Made by a program: the position numbers and the translations under genes. Shown here one piece after another: positions 1-13,370 of a stretch of 64,000 bases of DNA. The stretch's first letter is position 1. Each line of letters begins with the position of its first letter. The notes under the pieces are model-generated. The model did not search any database and was not told where the DNA came from. It saw nothing but the letters and a program-made list of their open reading frames with translations. The stretch lies in the NCBI GenBank assembly GCA_977030845.1, contig OZ365116.1, positions 21,638,001-21,702,000 of the forward strand. Direction: 5' to 3'. Origin of the DNA: Fimbriosthenelais zetlandica (taxonomy: Eukaryota).

Positions 1-3000
1 TAGAGCGTCCCTCGATGATTGTGGGCCATCGATTGTGATGGATTTAGGCTGTAAATATGGCATAAATGTTTGGGTTGAATTCACTGAACTGGCAGTAGGA
101 GAAGAGATTTGGGGAGAGGCCAGGGGAAAGCTGATCCCTATGGCAGTTCAGGGAATAAGGGACTGGGGCTTTTGACCCACGATTGAAGCATCAGCTTTAG
201 TTAGACATCTAGGGAAAAACTAGCCGAGGAGGCCATATGCAGGACAAATTATATGGCTGCCTGGTGGTGGAGCAAGGGGAAGGGAACTTCTTGACAATCA
301 TATTTTACTGAAAATTCTAGGTAAATATCATGAATCAAAATGGCTAAAACTGGCTCGAACCTCCATGTACATTGGTCTGGCCCATCCTAGGATTCTGCTC
401 CCGCTTTTCTATTCAATATGCCCTTAAAGAGGCTACCTTCAAATCTGCTTACACTAAGGAGATTTTTCCGTATCAGTACAAGGAAAAAACTGAAGTACTG
501 CAATTAGCCTAAGATCCAGGCGATAGGAATGAAAACCCTGATAAAAACAGAACTTTCTACGATCTATTAATCTATTGCAAGAAATTTGTTTATGCCAGAA
601 ACTGGTCCGACTTACAATAAATATCAAACAAGGTCTCTTTCTCCATGGTTTCTAATATTCCCAACAAAACAGCTTTTCAGAAGTGAAGTAATGTAATGAA
701 ATGATCGATCGCAAAATAGCTATTTTTCTGGAGATGTTACTTTTTGGGGGTGGGTATTCTAACTCATTAGATTTCCATCTGACCAGGCCGTCTGATTATG
801 TTGCCTCTTTAGCTCCTTACGCTGGTTTAACCTCTTTCCGTCTTCTCCCAACCTCCAATTAATTCCAGATTCCTGCTGGTGGAAATCACCTGTGCACCTA
901 CACTTCCAAAGTAATTTACTTTTTACACTGTTGAAAACGAGTATTTCAAACCAAACCAAGCTATAGTGTCATGGAGATATTTGTTGGTGTTTGATATATG
1001 AAGGGATTGCCAGCCTTGTGTTAGCAGGTGAATGGGCGCCCCTAATTAGTTGTATAATAATTTTTTATGTCCTTATCTCAGGATGGCATTTTTTTGCCTA
1101 CTCCATGACATGTCCCCTTCCCACTTATAATGCTTTTTCTGTTCTTAACAGGTGATTTGCTTCATCCTTTTTCTTGAAGATCCTCTCGCCTTTTAAACAC
1201 CCTCATGAATTAAAACAAAGAATGGGCTGATTGAAAGAGGAGCGAGGGAAAGGGGAGAGGGAGGGAGAGAGGGATGAGACAAAGTGAGGGAAAGGCAGGT
1301 GGGAGAACGGGATGGGAGATAGAGAGGGATAATCGAGACACCACTGCAACCTTTTGGCTGAGGTCTCAGTTGCTTTCATTATCAACCAGTCCCTATGGGA
1401 TACTGGATTACTCGGCCATTTGCTACATTTTCCACAACTGCACTTAACATATAAATGAATTTATCTACACGGTCCCATCCCTCTCCTGTATAAGTTCCAC
1501 CAACACGTCTAGCTGGTAACTATTCCAAAATATTGTTAATATGAAAATATCATCCTCACACGAATCATTTCTCTTACTCATATCCCAACTTACTTTACAC
1601 ATCAGCCTAATCCACGATCATTTTACCAACCCATGCACTGCAGCAGTCCATTATACCAAGCATTAATATTTACTATTCTCCTTCCCAAAATGTTTCGTCC
1701 TGGGATTGTCGTCCAGTGAGTAAACAGGCATCATAGTTTTGGGAGAAAGTTAGGCATTGACCCACAGTGGCGATAGGCACTGGGGACGGACATATATAGA
1801 GGGGAGTTGTATTAATCGAGACATATAACACCACCCTGTGGACAATAAGAAATGACGGCTGTAGAAGTGACCTAACATGCATTATTTGGTAACCTCCCCC
1901 GAGTCCTCCTACACATGCTATGATGTACAGCCAAATCATTCCCCATGGGGAGCAACTCATCTCAACCTCTGACGCCTGAGAAAATGTCACTTTGTACTTT
2001 GCTACTCGGCAGGCTTGGACCTATATGTCATCTCCTGCTTAGAGAGATAAAGTACAGACCTGCCTCGCCCTGTCTGTGAATCAAAGTAGAACACCATGTG
2101 GGAATGATAGATACATTTGTGGCTGTAACCTTTTGGCATTTGAAATATTAAAATATGTTTGAACAGATCATATAGAGTATTTCAGTGAGAAATAACATGT
2201 ACAGAGGAACTTCATTGAAGGCATTATACATTCACTCCGAGTATTTCATTCAGTAGATAACATTAGGGTGTAAAGAGCATAGCTTTTTGCTCTGAGATAC
2301 ACTCGAGAGGTGAATTTACATTTTGCCATCACATTCCTTTCAAGAGTAGTGAAGGGAAACGACATAAGTATGACTTCAAACTTGTACATCATGACTATTT
2401 ATGGGATGTTTCCCTGTCATGTTCTGTACTTTTTACCGCCTTCTGAGTACATACCAAGTGTATACTTCACATACTGGGTTAACAAGTAGAACACCTCTGG
2501 TGAAATCTTAAGTGGTTAGACATACACGCGACTATTAGACGGACATGCCAGCATGAGGACAGTAGAGAGGCGGTGGGTGAGTCTATTTACTGAATGCTTA
2601 CCAGGGTAGAGGTAGTCAGAGTGTAAAAGCAATGAGTACACCAGGGAAATGTGACATCCACTAACACCAGACCTGATAGACACGGTCCCACCCCCGTCTA
2701 AAGGCTGAAAGCTTGTTACCAGACTCTAAGCACCATTTTCCATGGTGTTTCTTTCTGCCCTACTGACCACATAACACGCCACCCCAAGTAGATCTGGCCA
2801 CATTAGTTTTAAAAAGTCCCCTTGGAGCCAAGTTGAGGTACATTTGGACTTGAGGTGTCAGAGTGGAAAGGACAAAAGACATCAGATGCACTGACGGCAG
2901 TTCTGGGAGTGATTTTTGGTTAGGTCTGTTGCTTCACAAAAGCTGCTTTGTAAAGGATTATAAAAAGATTTCGCAAATCTTCTTGTCAGCATCATTTCCC

Positions 3001-5398
3001 AAAATCTAGTGCAATATTTGAACGTAATGGAGGAATTACATCAATTTCACTTTAGCCTGGACACAATTTGAAATTAGGATGTTGTGAGCAGGGAAAAAAC
3101 TTATCAGTCCATACTGATCCAAACTCTTTTTACAGTTTGTAAACATTGACGTTAATAATAGCAATAATAACAACCTTGTCACAGAGGGGGAAACAAGTAA
3201 TTGTACATGATCCATAATTGCACTATTTACCTTGATATAGGAGCCTAATTATGATTAATAATAACAGCACCATTTAGTGGTAGTATCTTACATGCTGAGA
3301 TGGATCTAAAAATAGGATGCGAAAGACAAGTTGTAAGCGGGGTGGGAGCTAGAATCTGCTTATCAAAGTAGGAAGTTCTGTATCATCTTATTTGGGAAGA
3401 TCTGCCTTTAGGTTTATGCATATCTATGTCGTTTTGCTTTCAGCATTGTTGCTGTAGCTTGCACCTCCCGGATTTCAACTGATGAACCTGCAAATCAAGC
3501 ACTACATTGTGGGGACAAACTCGAGTTATCGATGACTGCATACTGGTTAAGTAGATTCCAGCACACCAGCTGTAAGAATGGCATACACACTATAGAGCAC
3601 AGATGTGGGAATTTATAGCCACATCTCAGTGACAAATCCCCCACTGCTGTGCCAAATGTAATTTCCCCCCATTTCCATGTCATCCATATGATACACTTGT
3701 CAAGGCTTTCGGTCTAGCTTCCGGATCCTTTGTGATGGCGGGAACTGCAAGGGGTGAGCATCTCCTTTAATACTTTCTCTGTCTCCCAACAGCCAATTAA
3801 CACAATTCACTGGAGACTTTACCAATTGTATATTGCTTCTCAGTGTGCTTTCCTTTCGTGATACAGCTAGCACAGTCTGGGACTTCTTGCATGCTTTCGG
3901 TACTGTTACTGTACCTTCCAATCTTTACTGCTTGAGCAGGATCAATCCCTTTGGGACAGCAGTTTCCTTCTAATAAGAGAAACATTAGAGGTAACTATCT
4001 CAAATAGTCTCACCTTTCAACAAAGTTGTCCATCAGTAAGAACAGGCTTCTGTTTTAACTTATAAAAGGATGAGTTACTATAGGCCTTCATGTCTGTATT
4101 TTTGTGAGGAATAGCTTAAACACGTCCCTTCTAAGTTCTACTTCCTTTTCTCCTCGCAAAAATGGTTGGTCTACATGAAGATGATACTTTGACCTTTAGC
4201 TTTCATCATTTGTTCTATTTAAAACTGAAATAACTTTCAAACTATCGATAAAGAAAGAATGAAAAGAAGGAAAAGGCAGTTGAACTCACTTTAAGCTAGG
4301 AAATAGGCTATAGGCCTAGAGCTTAGAAGATCAGAAACTGGGGTCTCATGGAAAAACTCTGGCTCCACCTTCCAAAAAACATATATATATAATATGTGCT
4401 CAGTTTCAGAAGCAGTTCTTGCAGGGAGTCACTTGACATTTGAGGAGAAGTTTTTGACTTGGCTATGTGCCCAACAAAAATGTACGAGGAGATAGCAGGG
4501 CTGGGGGAGTGAGTGGCTTACTTAGGCAGATAGGCCTACTTGGGCAGGAGACTGGATGCAAGGTCTTAATTCCTTTATAACACTAAAAGAGTGGAGGTCT
4601 TTATAATGGACAGCTCTTTTCTGCCAGCCTCACCTGCGTCCTACGTGGGAGGAAGAGAAGCTTTGGACAAAGAGGATAAATAAGAAGCCAGATTATATGG
4701 GATACTTTGCCCTTGAAGTGCCCCATACAAGACTGTGAGGGGAATTTATAGGACAAGATATATATCTATATATATCAGGAAATATTCTCCAGAGAATGAA
4801 CGATTAAAAAAGAGATTTCTTCCTTTAATAAAAGTTAGAATCTCTCGAAGATGAAATGTCCTTTTTGACCACTGTTGTTATTGATGGTGGGTGGGAAGGC
4901 CAGGGAGGAAGGGGTCACCTTCTGCATACATTTCTTAAGACTCCTTGTCGGAGATTGACTGATTTTAAATTGAGTCATCATTACTCAATGTTACAATGAA
5001 AGCTGCCAGACTGGATACAGGGAAGAGGTGGAGGGGAAAAGTAGGGGGATACTTTGATCAATAGTTAATGATGTGACAAGATCTGACAGAGAAGAGAGTT
5101 CCAGACTGGACTAAATCAGTGTGTCTGGGTGATCAGACCAGACTGGTCAGGACAGTCACATATAGTACTTTAATAAATTGGATCATATCAGATATCATTG
5201 ACTCTGACTGGATTATACCAGATATCTCCTCCTATCTTTATCTAACCAGCTCAGACAAGCTCGAGCTACTCTCGGAGCAGGAACCTGTGCTTTTTTTGCA
5301 CCAATTATAACATTTCTGTCATACATGAGCTCCCTCCATGCCGGTGTTTCTGACATGTCGCACCGACAAGGCTGAAGTCACATATCGTGTCCTCAGTC

Positions 5399-5428
5399 AA
5401 GGACTGTTTAAAGGACTGTTTAAAGGAC
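5399..5428. repeat. Short tandem repeat, 12-bp unit AAGGACTGTTTA x2.5
   Basis: aaggactgttta aaggactgttta aaggac, read directly. Confidence 0.8.
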
Positions 5429-7890
5429 ATTCTTCACTCATATGATTGTTATTGAAAAGGTTCAAGAGAATGAGCAATATTTCTCACTTGCCGCATTATG
5501 CAGTGCTGCCACAAACGGGGGAATGTCTATATATTCACTGACTTTTCCATGACTAATTGAATTTTTCCCTGACCAATATGACAAGACCTCCGACCATCCC
5601 TACAGACGTGCTTTCTTCCCATTTAGTTTTATCATAGTACAAGGTTGCCACAAAGTGAAGCTGCTAATATGACTTTTTCCAACAAACCATTCCCCCCTGA
5701 ACCAATCACAAAATTCCCTGACTATAAAAAAAACACTTTCCCCTGATTTTCCCTTGGCCCGTGCCAACTCTTTAGAAGACATGAACATGGCAGGTTCTTG
5801 AGCAGATCACGTAAAATATAGGAGAGACATTTGGTGAGCATACACACACAGTGAAGGATGAGAGGATGACTTTTAATGACCTGCACTAGTCAGTGTCAGG
5901 AGGCTGGGAACGTGTCTGTATTAGGCCAGCCCCCTGTGCTACTCATTACCTCTGTGGTCTTATCACCATAGCAACTCTGATAATCTACAGCCCCAAGCTT
6001 CACAACTAATTTCATACCCTGATAGACACATTACAAGGAATCCCCACACGTGTCCTTTTCTCTTTCTGTGCATCTTTGCCTCATCTCTTTGATCATTCTG
6101 TTTCATTTCTTTAGTATATACTGTATACACTTTATATTAGTATATAATATAACATGTACATCACATCTGCTCGTTAGTACACCTTAGAATCTTTGACAAA
6201 AAAGGTTCAAACGGGCAAGCTATGAATCAAATGATATGTCTTGCACAAGTAGAAACGTTACTCTACTTTTCTCTCATAAAACTCCGCCAACTTTTCAAGG
6301 CCCAGACATCGGAGCATCTGATTTGAGAAAAGAAAGGTATAAAAACCACAAGGAAAATAACGAAAAAGAGTGTGGAATGGCAGTTCCGACTTTGCACGCA
6401 TGATGTCGTGCTAAGCTATTGAAGCCAGGAGTAGTTCTGAGCGACTTTCCGGCCTTCGCTACTGACGGCCAATGACCGTCACATTCTTTACTCCTATCCA
6501 TCATCCAACTTAAAGTGTCTGACTTTAATCTCTAAAGATTTAAGTTACCAAATGTAAAGCCATACTGGCCTCACCTTCACCTCTAAATCTGACATATTCA
6601 TGCCAAAAGCTGAGAGCACCTCACACGGCCACTGAAACCACGACTATTGCCTTGTAAAGTAAACGGGTGGAAACGTTCATTGACAACGTGGGCAAATATA
6701 TTCGTCAGAAGTATTTATTTTAATGAGCAAGGGCAGCCACCTTTTTACAAGGGTCGAAATGGAATAAAAGCCAACCAAGTATGTACACAACAGTTATCCA
6801 TCCTTAAATCCTACCGTTATCCACCTTGACAGTACCATTTAGTTTAACTCCATCACCTAAGAGAAATATTGTATTTTCTTGAAAATAACAATATTTTCTT
6901 GTTATATTCTTGTACGAGGGTACACCTAACTAAAGTAGGACCATACTAATTGGCCTCTTCTGTCTTGTAATAACTTGCACCTTCTTGTAGACAGCAATAA
7001 CTTGTCCTGGTAAGAGATGCTTCACGGCCCCATAGCAGCATGTAACAGTCCAGGTAAGAGTGGAAACATGCATTTCTGGGCTTTGAATGATGGAATCTTA
7101 CACCACTCGCCGTCTATCATGCTCAGAGTGGCAGGGCTATGCTATAGTTTACATGGTAAAGTATAATAACCATAGTGCCAATGTAATCCTAACCCATACG
7201 TCTCATTCATATTCAATGGGCTTGGCCTGAGCCCAATTATTTATGAATAATGTATTAATCCACTTGAAATATGTTACCTCTTGAGGCAATACGTCAGCCA
7301 TACTATGGTTTCTTTGTTCTCCAATTTGTATTTTACATTTGTCCAATATTCTCTTCCCTTTTGTATCAGAATGAATGACTTTTTGAGACACATCTTCTCA
7401 ATAGTGTGATGTTGTAACCTAACCTTACACCTCGTGATCAATAGTTCCCCTTGAAGATTTGTTTGCAGACATGGGCTATTTTGCACACTGAATTATGCAT
7501 ACACAGAGCACATTGGGGCAGTAATGCACGGCGAGGGAAGGAAACATTCATGAGGTGGTGTTGATACCCACCACCCCACACCAACAAACCCCACATCAGA
7601 CCCGTGTTCACCAATGCACTGAGATCCCCAATCTGTACCCTGTAGAACCCACACTATGGGAGAACGTCATTCAAGCTCACCAATTCATCATTTATAGGGG
7701 AAATAGGGGGAAGAGGTCGAGTATTCCCTTTCACCAGATAGCAGATTGTTTCAGGGTCAACCACCTGCTTTTCCTATCAGTAAGGATTTCATAAATCACA
7801 AAACACAGCCACTTCAAGAGCTTTACCTTTTGTGTGAACTGAAAAAAGCTGAGCAGCTCAGGAGCTTCAGCTCTTGTATTCAGAACCTGA

Positions 7891-8081
7891 CCACGTCATA
7901 CAGGGTTGGCCACGTAATACAGGGTTGGTCATGTAATACAGGGTTGGTATTTATTGTTTCTTGGCATAAAAAATAAAAATAAACTCTTGTAATACAAGGT
8001 TGCAGATTGCACTAGTAAAATCCATGTAACACTAAGAAGGGTATAATTTATTGTTTCTTGACATAAAAATAAAAACTCTTG
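7891..8081. repeat. 19-bp tandem repeat x3 followed by a duplicated A/T-rich block of about 35-40 bp
   Basis: ccacgtcatacagggttgg / ccacgtaatacagggttgg / tcatgtaatacagggttgg at 7891-7947. The block tttattgtttcttgRcataaaaa..aaactcttg is at 7950-7989 and 8047-8081. Confidence 0.85.
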
Positions 8082-10795
8082 CCCTCAACTATGGGTCCCT
8101 CAAGGCTACGCTACGTTCCACTAAGCGTGACACTAACGTTTTGAAGGCATTCATGTCTTGGCAATACGTGTGGCCAGATGCAACACTGGTTTAGTCCTAT
8201 CTTAGTACTATTAATGGGAGGTAAGCCCAGGCGTCATCTCTGAGTCCACCTCTACATTAGTTGACAAGACTGGGTAGCCAAGTCAATGAGTGACTGACCA
8301 TGTCAGTAAGAGATACTTCAGTCTCCAGCCACCAGGGGGATGGACGTAACCATGGCGATCACAGGAAGCGACATGTTACCATGACGACCCTCACTGCTGG
8401 CTTCTCAATGTGGCAGCTTATTAGTGAGCCACTCTTACCATTACTCGCCGCCTCCATAAATCTCATGTCAATAAAGTGAAGGGGCAGGTGACATGCCCTT
8501 GATGCTGCTTGACTTCCACTTATGACATTAATCAGACGTTACCTATCATCTAACAGATCTCATACCCTCCTCTCATTCTGTCTCTATCCTCATCTCTCTC
8601 CCTCATCTAGAACTGGGAATATTGATCAAAGACAATTCATGACACTGAACCTATGAGTCTATGATACCATATATGGGAGGATCCTTCAATAAATATAGTT
8701 ATATGACTATACATTGTGCTAGGCTCCATATGATATAGGCGGATTAGCTAGTCAAAAAGTCAACATCCAATCAAAATATGGTCAGGTATCGACCCCTGAT
8801 CCCTGATGCCCAGTCCCAGGTGAGGCATAACTGACTCAAGTCCCTTATTAACAGATAGTGGGTGAGTCTTCCTAAACGTCCAGTCAGCAATTTTAGTAGA
8901 GATGGCCATTTGAGGTGTAAAAGCCCTTGGTGTGCCTGATTTGAAACTCACACAGTCAGACATTTCAGGAAAATACTCAGGGCTATTTCCCCTACTTTCC
9001 CTGAAAGGGAAGCTGGCGGAAGGAAAGAGCTGAGGGAACGAAATGAGAAATAAATGATTGTCCACGTTAGAAATGGGCAGGATATCTCTCTCCCAGTATT
9101 TGAGAGGATCCTTCAAGTGTTTCAGTCAAATTACTGGCATGATAATTATAGTGACGTTGGTACTAAATGACAACGTGTGAGTGGGTGGGCAAATGGACGA
9201 ACCTAATCAAGATTTTTTCCCATGAATTTTCTCTAAATATGAGATTTCTGTAATGACAAAAAACAGACAAGACCAACCGAAATCTCCAAAATTGCACAGA
9301 AATTGGCCGGAATCTTGATTTTACACTAATTCAAATTCAAACGCTAGGCCTTAGGTTGAAAATGCCTAGAAATGCCTGCATTTTATTGGGGCAAGCAACA
9401 AAAAAATGCCGAACTAAAGTGACGGGAAAGTTAGAAAGTTCTATTCTGTTTTAGCTAATATGCAGCCTATCAGTGACTGTGACTGGGAAAAGGTCAGCAA
9501 ACACACCAGAATCAAGCCAAGGTAATAAAAATAGTACTTTCTAGTTTAATACACACCGGGACAGATACGTGCTCAAGGTATTTCACCATGAGGGGCTTGT
9601 GAAATGTACGGCATAGGTCAGCAACCATGTCATTGGTATGTACTGTATCACTGTATGATTTTTTATACAGGTTTCTTTCTCTGGGGACTTACATTTTTTA
9701 AAGCTAATGTATCCTCTCCTACTCTATAGACCTTTTTATGGAATGTGAAATAATCAAAGCTCGGGTTGGAAGCCAAACACAATGCTGAGCGCGTGAATGC
9801 GGGGGGAATGGCAATGAGATGTGAGCTGGCAGAAGGTCCTGCCCTCTTGTCTGATTGTGTCCTTGAACACCATAAAAGCCTGTTGACCTTTGCTGGTCAG
9901 ACCTGAATGTGGAGGAATTCCCCGGTGTGTGATTTTTTTGATTCTGGGGAGCATCTCTGATAGATACTGTGTTATTTACCTTCAAAGCTGCACCTGTATA
10001 AGGGCTGGGGGTCGTCTCATAATCCAGTCGTTTAATTCATTATACATGAACCAGCATGGGATTAGACTACACATGGAAAGCTGAGTACGGATGATTTAGC
10101 TGACTGTAATGGATGAAGCCATCTCGTGATAATCGCTCTATTTCCGATGTGCCAAGTCTGTGTACGCCTCGTTATGGCTAAATAAATATCATATTGCTGC
10201 ACATAACTGCAACATCAAAATGGAAATAGCAAGCCGTATTGAGTTGTGGGCACTGGCAGTGAGTCGGAGCTAATTTCACATGGATGCATTCCTTTCTGCA
10301 TAGTGTTGGGATTTTTGTCTTACATATTTTTTCTCCCATATTCATTTCTCCCACAATCATTCTTCTACTTACTTGTGTAAGTTAGTAGTTCGACTGGGGG
10401 TGGGGAGGGGGAGATGGGGAGAAGGGTATCGGGGAAAGGGGAAAGTAATTAAACTAATGGGATTATCTCTTTAGAGATTGATGATGTGTAGTGGGAGCCC
10501 AAAATCAATCATCCACAGGTCATCAATCTAGATATTCACAACCATTCAATATACATCTATCAAATAATTCTTTAATTTATTCCACATTGATAAGAATCCA
10601 TGAATGGTAATTATACCACTGCCTTGGTGGACGGACAATACAGGGTCCAAACTGGAAGATTTACATAAGGATATAATAAGAAGGTACAATGTTTGGCTGA
10701 ATTTCTTTAAGTGTAACATTCACCAAAAGGAGTCAGTGTGATGATGGATGGAGGGAGTGACGTGCCAGGCCGTGGTAACCAGCACGTGAGGCGAG

Positions 10796-13066
10796 TCAAT
10801 GGCAGATACAACATGATACGCCGGTAACATCTCGTGCAAAAAAGAAATGACCCGAGGGGTGGAGACAATTTGTCACACGGCAGAACTGATAATAGGAAGA
10901 GGCAGAAGAACCTAAATTGTTTTGCCTTTCTTTGGGACTTATCAAGGAACAATTGTCCAATTTATCAAGTTTTTGTCTCGACGGTATGTCGATAGAAGAC
11001 ACTAAGGAAGAATGATAGCCTATATTTTAAAGCCTTTTTCCATTAGTGAATCACATTAGAAGGAAGGTTTTGCTTGTAGGATATATTTGGATTAAATTAG
11101 GGTCATCGACTTGGGGAAATTTAGCCAAAAATAAATGTAGCTACAAAAAACAAGAACAAACGAAAAACGGACTTAGAGTGGTTCAATTTATAGTCTATCT
11201 CTGCCACCAAGTTCCTTTTTCTCTGAGTTTGCTATAAGCTGTTCATGTGGGAATATTCCAAGCAGAATGAAGCGTTTAACAGCTCATATCTAGGTGCCAG
11301 TAAGTAGGTTCTGGTTTAATCCATGTTATTTCCACACCCAGCGTCACATCTAGTTATAGATTATTACCAATATGGTGATACATTACGTCAAGAGCTTCAT
11401 CACAACATGGCTGCGTCTGCTGCTTCATTGGAGTTTAACGAGGCCGTGATGACAAACTGATGTGTTCCTCACACCCACAGGCTATTAAAGCTACACCATC
11501 ACGACTCTGTGATGAGCTTTATCATACGCTAAGAAAATAGCCGACAATATACCTTTTTACATTCACTTAGTTTTCAGTTTCACTCAGGTATTATGTCGGA
11601 CTTTGTGGGGAGATCTGAGAACTTCACTTTAACAGTAATGTAATCCCAAAAGTAAGAGCATTAGGGCAGAGGTCAACTTTTTAAGAATCTAACTTTCTGT
11701 ACAGGGAGATGATGGAGCCGCTTTACAGAGTTAATTCTTTCTCAGGCAAAGTCGGATCAAAGATATTTTAACGATCATTTTCTTTCCCTTTTTTCTGCCT
11801 GTGGGGGGATTTTTAAGGGCGTGAGGGTTGTAACCACCATAACCCACCCCCTATAGATCTGCATACCGCCCTGCCAATAACCTACCCCAGACACAGGACC
11901 CACAGTTGCTATGTCTATACATGACCAATGGCACTTTGAGGATGCATCAATAAGCCTACATCGTGTAATTGATTACCCTAGTACCTGCAGCAATGTAATC
12001 ACAAAAGGGTGCTATATCTAATATAATACAATATCAGATATTGCGAATAGCACCGAACGTTATTACTTTCTTGACACACATAAGAGGTAATAAAGGAGGT
12101 AGCCTAGATTAACTCTTCGTGTCTGTGCCTACTCCATATCCACACAGAGCATGGAGATAGGCCTAATGGATCGCTTAGGCCTAATGGGAAATTAACACTG
12201 AAATTAGAGATAGGTAACGTAGGCGTATTGTCATCAGGTAGGCCTACCGGTAGTTTCATTGATAACATTTATCAATGAAACTACATTTAATGTTATGTAT
12301 ATAGCCTAATAGGCTTAGGGCTAGACAAGTAAAATACCGCGGTAATACAAACATAATAACACACACACAGAAATAACAATTAAAATGCAGCTTTTCAGGT
12401 CGAGAAAACAATAGACATAAAGGATTATTATAGGTATGAGACATAGGCCAAACAAGTTGTCAACAATATAACAATTTCAACACAACTATAAACCTGTAGC
12501 CCTGTTATCGCTAGTATAGGCATACTATTCTTGATGTTATTATGTAATCTTATGTCGGTTTCGCACTCAAGCAGAGAGGATTAGACCTGTCCAAGATTCT
12601 CTACCTCTGAGCAAAGTGATAGACAGATCAAACTCAGTGCTGCCCCCACGTGTATGTGAGAGGCACTATTTTCAACAACATTTTTATCACATGTAGGCCT
12701 ACGATCTTTTTTTTAATCTAACACTATTATTTTGGAACAGGGACCAAAAAGATATACTTTGAAGTTGTACTTGCCTCTAATATGAAGCGAGATTCACGTG
12801 GGGACTGGAGGTCAACAACACTGTGGCTTCTGTGACTGTGGCTTCTCCCGGCACGCCGGCTGATTCTGTGAACATTAACGTAACAATATTTACGGTATTA
12901 ATCGATGCTAGTGGAATATCTCAGGCAAATACAACACAAATTATTATAATAGAACAGTTTTGCACTAAATAGAAATAATGCCACATGTAGTAAAAGTAAT
13001 TAAACACCTTTTAGTAGCGGCATCCCGGCCCAACGTGTAGTTTTTGCGAATCAAAACTTCCGCCAT
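10796..13066 (-). CDS. Hypothetical spliced ORF of about 119 aa, divergent from TALDO1 (tentative)
   Basis: Candidate exons 13066-13008, 12865-12771 and 11001-10796 join in frame (phases 2 and 1) from an ATGGCGGAA start. The donors GTGTTT and GTACAA are weak and I recognise no homology. Confidence 0.25.
12250..12284. repeat. Perfect hairpin with 16-bp arms and a 3-nt loop
   Basis: GTAGTTTCATTGATAA-cat-TTATCAATGAAACTAC. Confidence 0.9.
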
Positions 13067-13370
13067 TAAATCAGGTCTCGCAACACAAAATATTCAGAGA
13101 AAAAAAAGAATAATATTTATACGCAAATTTTACTCTAATCATAACTCTTACTTGACGTTACGTTATCTTTTAGTATAAATTCTATCCTCGTAGAGAATAG
13201 TTTTATAAGAAACACACTATTTGTTTTGTTTTTGTAACTGGTGAGATGTTGTGTGAGACCTGAATGAGAGATGCTGGCCACCTCGGCTAGGTGGCGCTAC
13301 CGTCGGCCATCACTTCCACAACCACCAGGACCTCGCTGATTTAGCTCAGTATTTTCACCATTTATTCAGT
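13056..13370. promoter_or_regulatory. TALDO1 promoter / 5-prime region, possibly bidirectional
   Basis: Composite ETS+YY1 motif ACTTCCGCCATT at 13056-13067, a CpG-containing stretch at 13270-13340, and Inr-like TCAGT at 13346-13350 and 13366-13370. Confidence 0.5.

Noticed and set aside
1-760. Possible LINE RT 3-prime debris
   Set aside because: Only vague resemblance, with no continuous motif in any frame.
3700-3985. Minus-strand ORFs faintly like a pogo/Tigger DDE region (KKSQTVLAVS, YTIGK)
   Set aside because: The motifs are in different frames, there is no catalytic D-D-D and no TIRs.
9754-9954. KGQQAFMVFKDTI resembling a Ty3/gypsy RT-RNase H linker
   Set aside because: A single short motif with no RT, RNase H or integrase context.
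10396-10441. G-quadruplex-capable G-runs (also 37158-37210 and C-rich 29935-29960)
   Set aside because: Low-complexity purine tracts are common here and are not tied to a defined feature.
11406-11460. caacATGGCTGCG start-like context
   Set aside because: The frame closes after 17 codons and there is no donor site.
11588-11651. Plus-strand segment with good acceptor and GTAAGA donor
   Set aside because: Stops in all three frames; it shows the background rate of chance splice signals.
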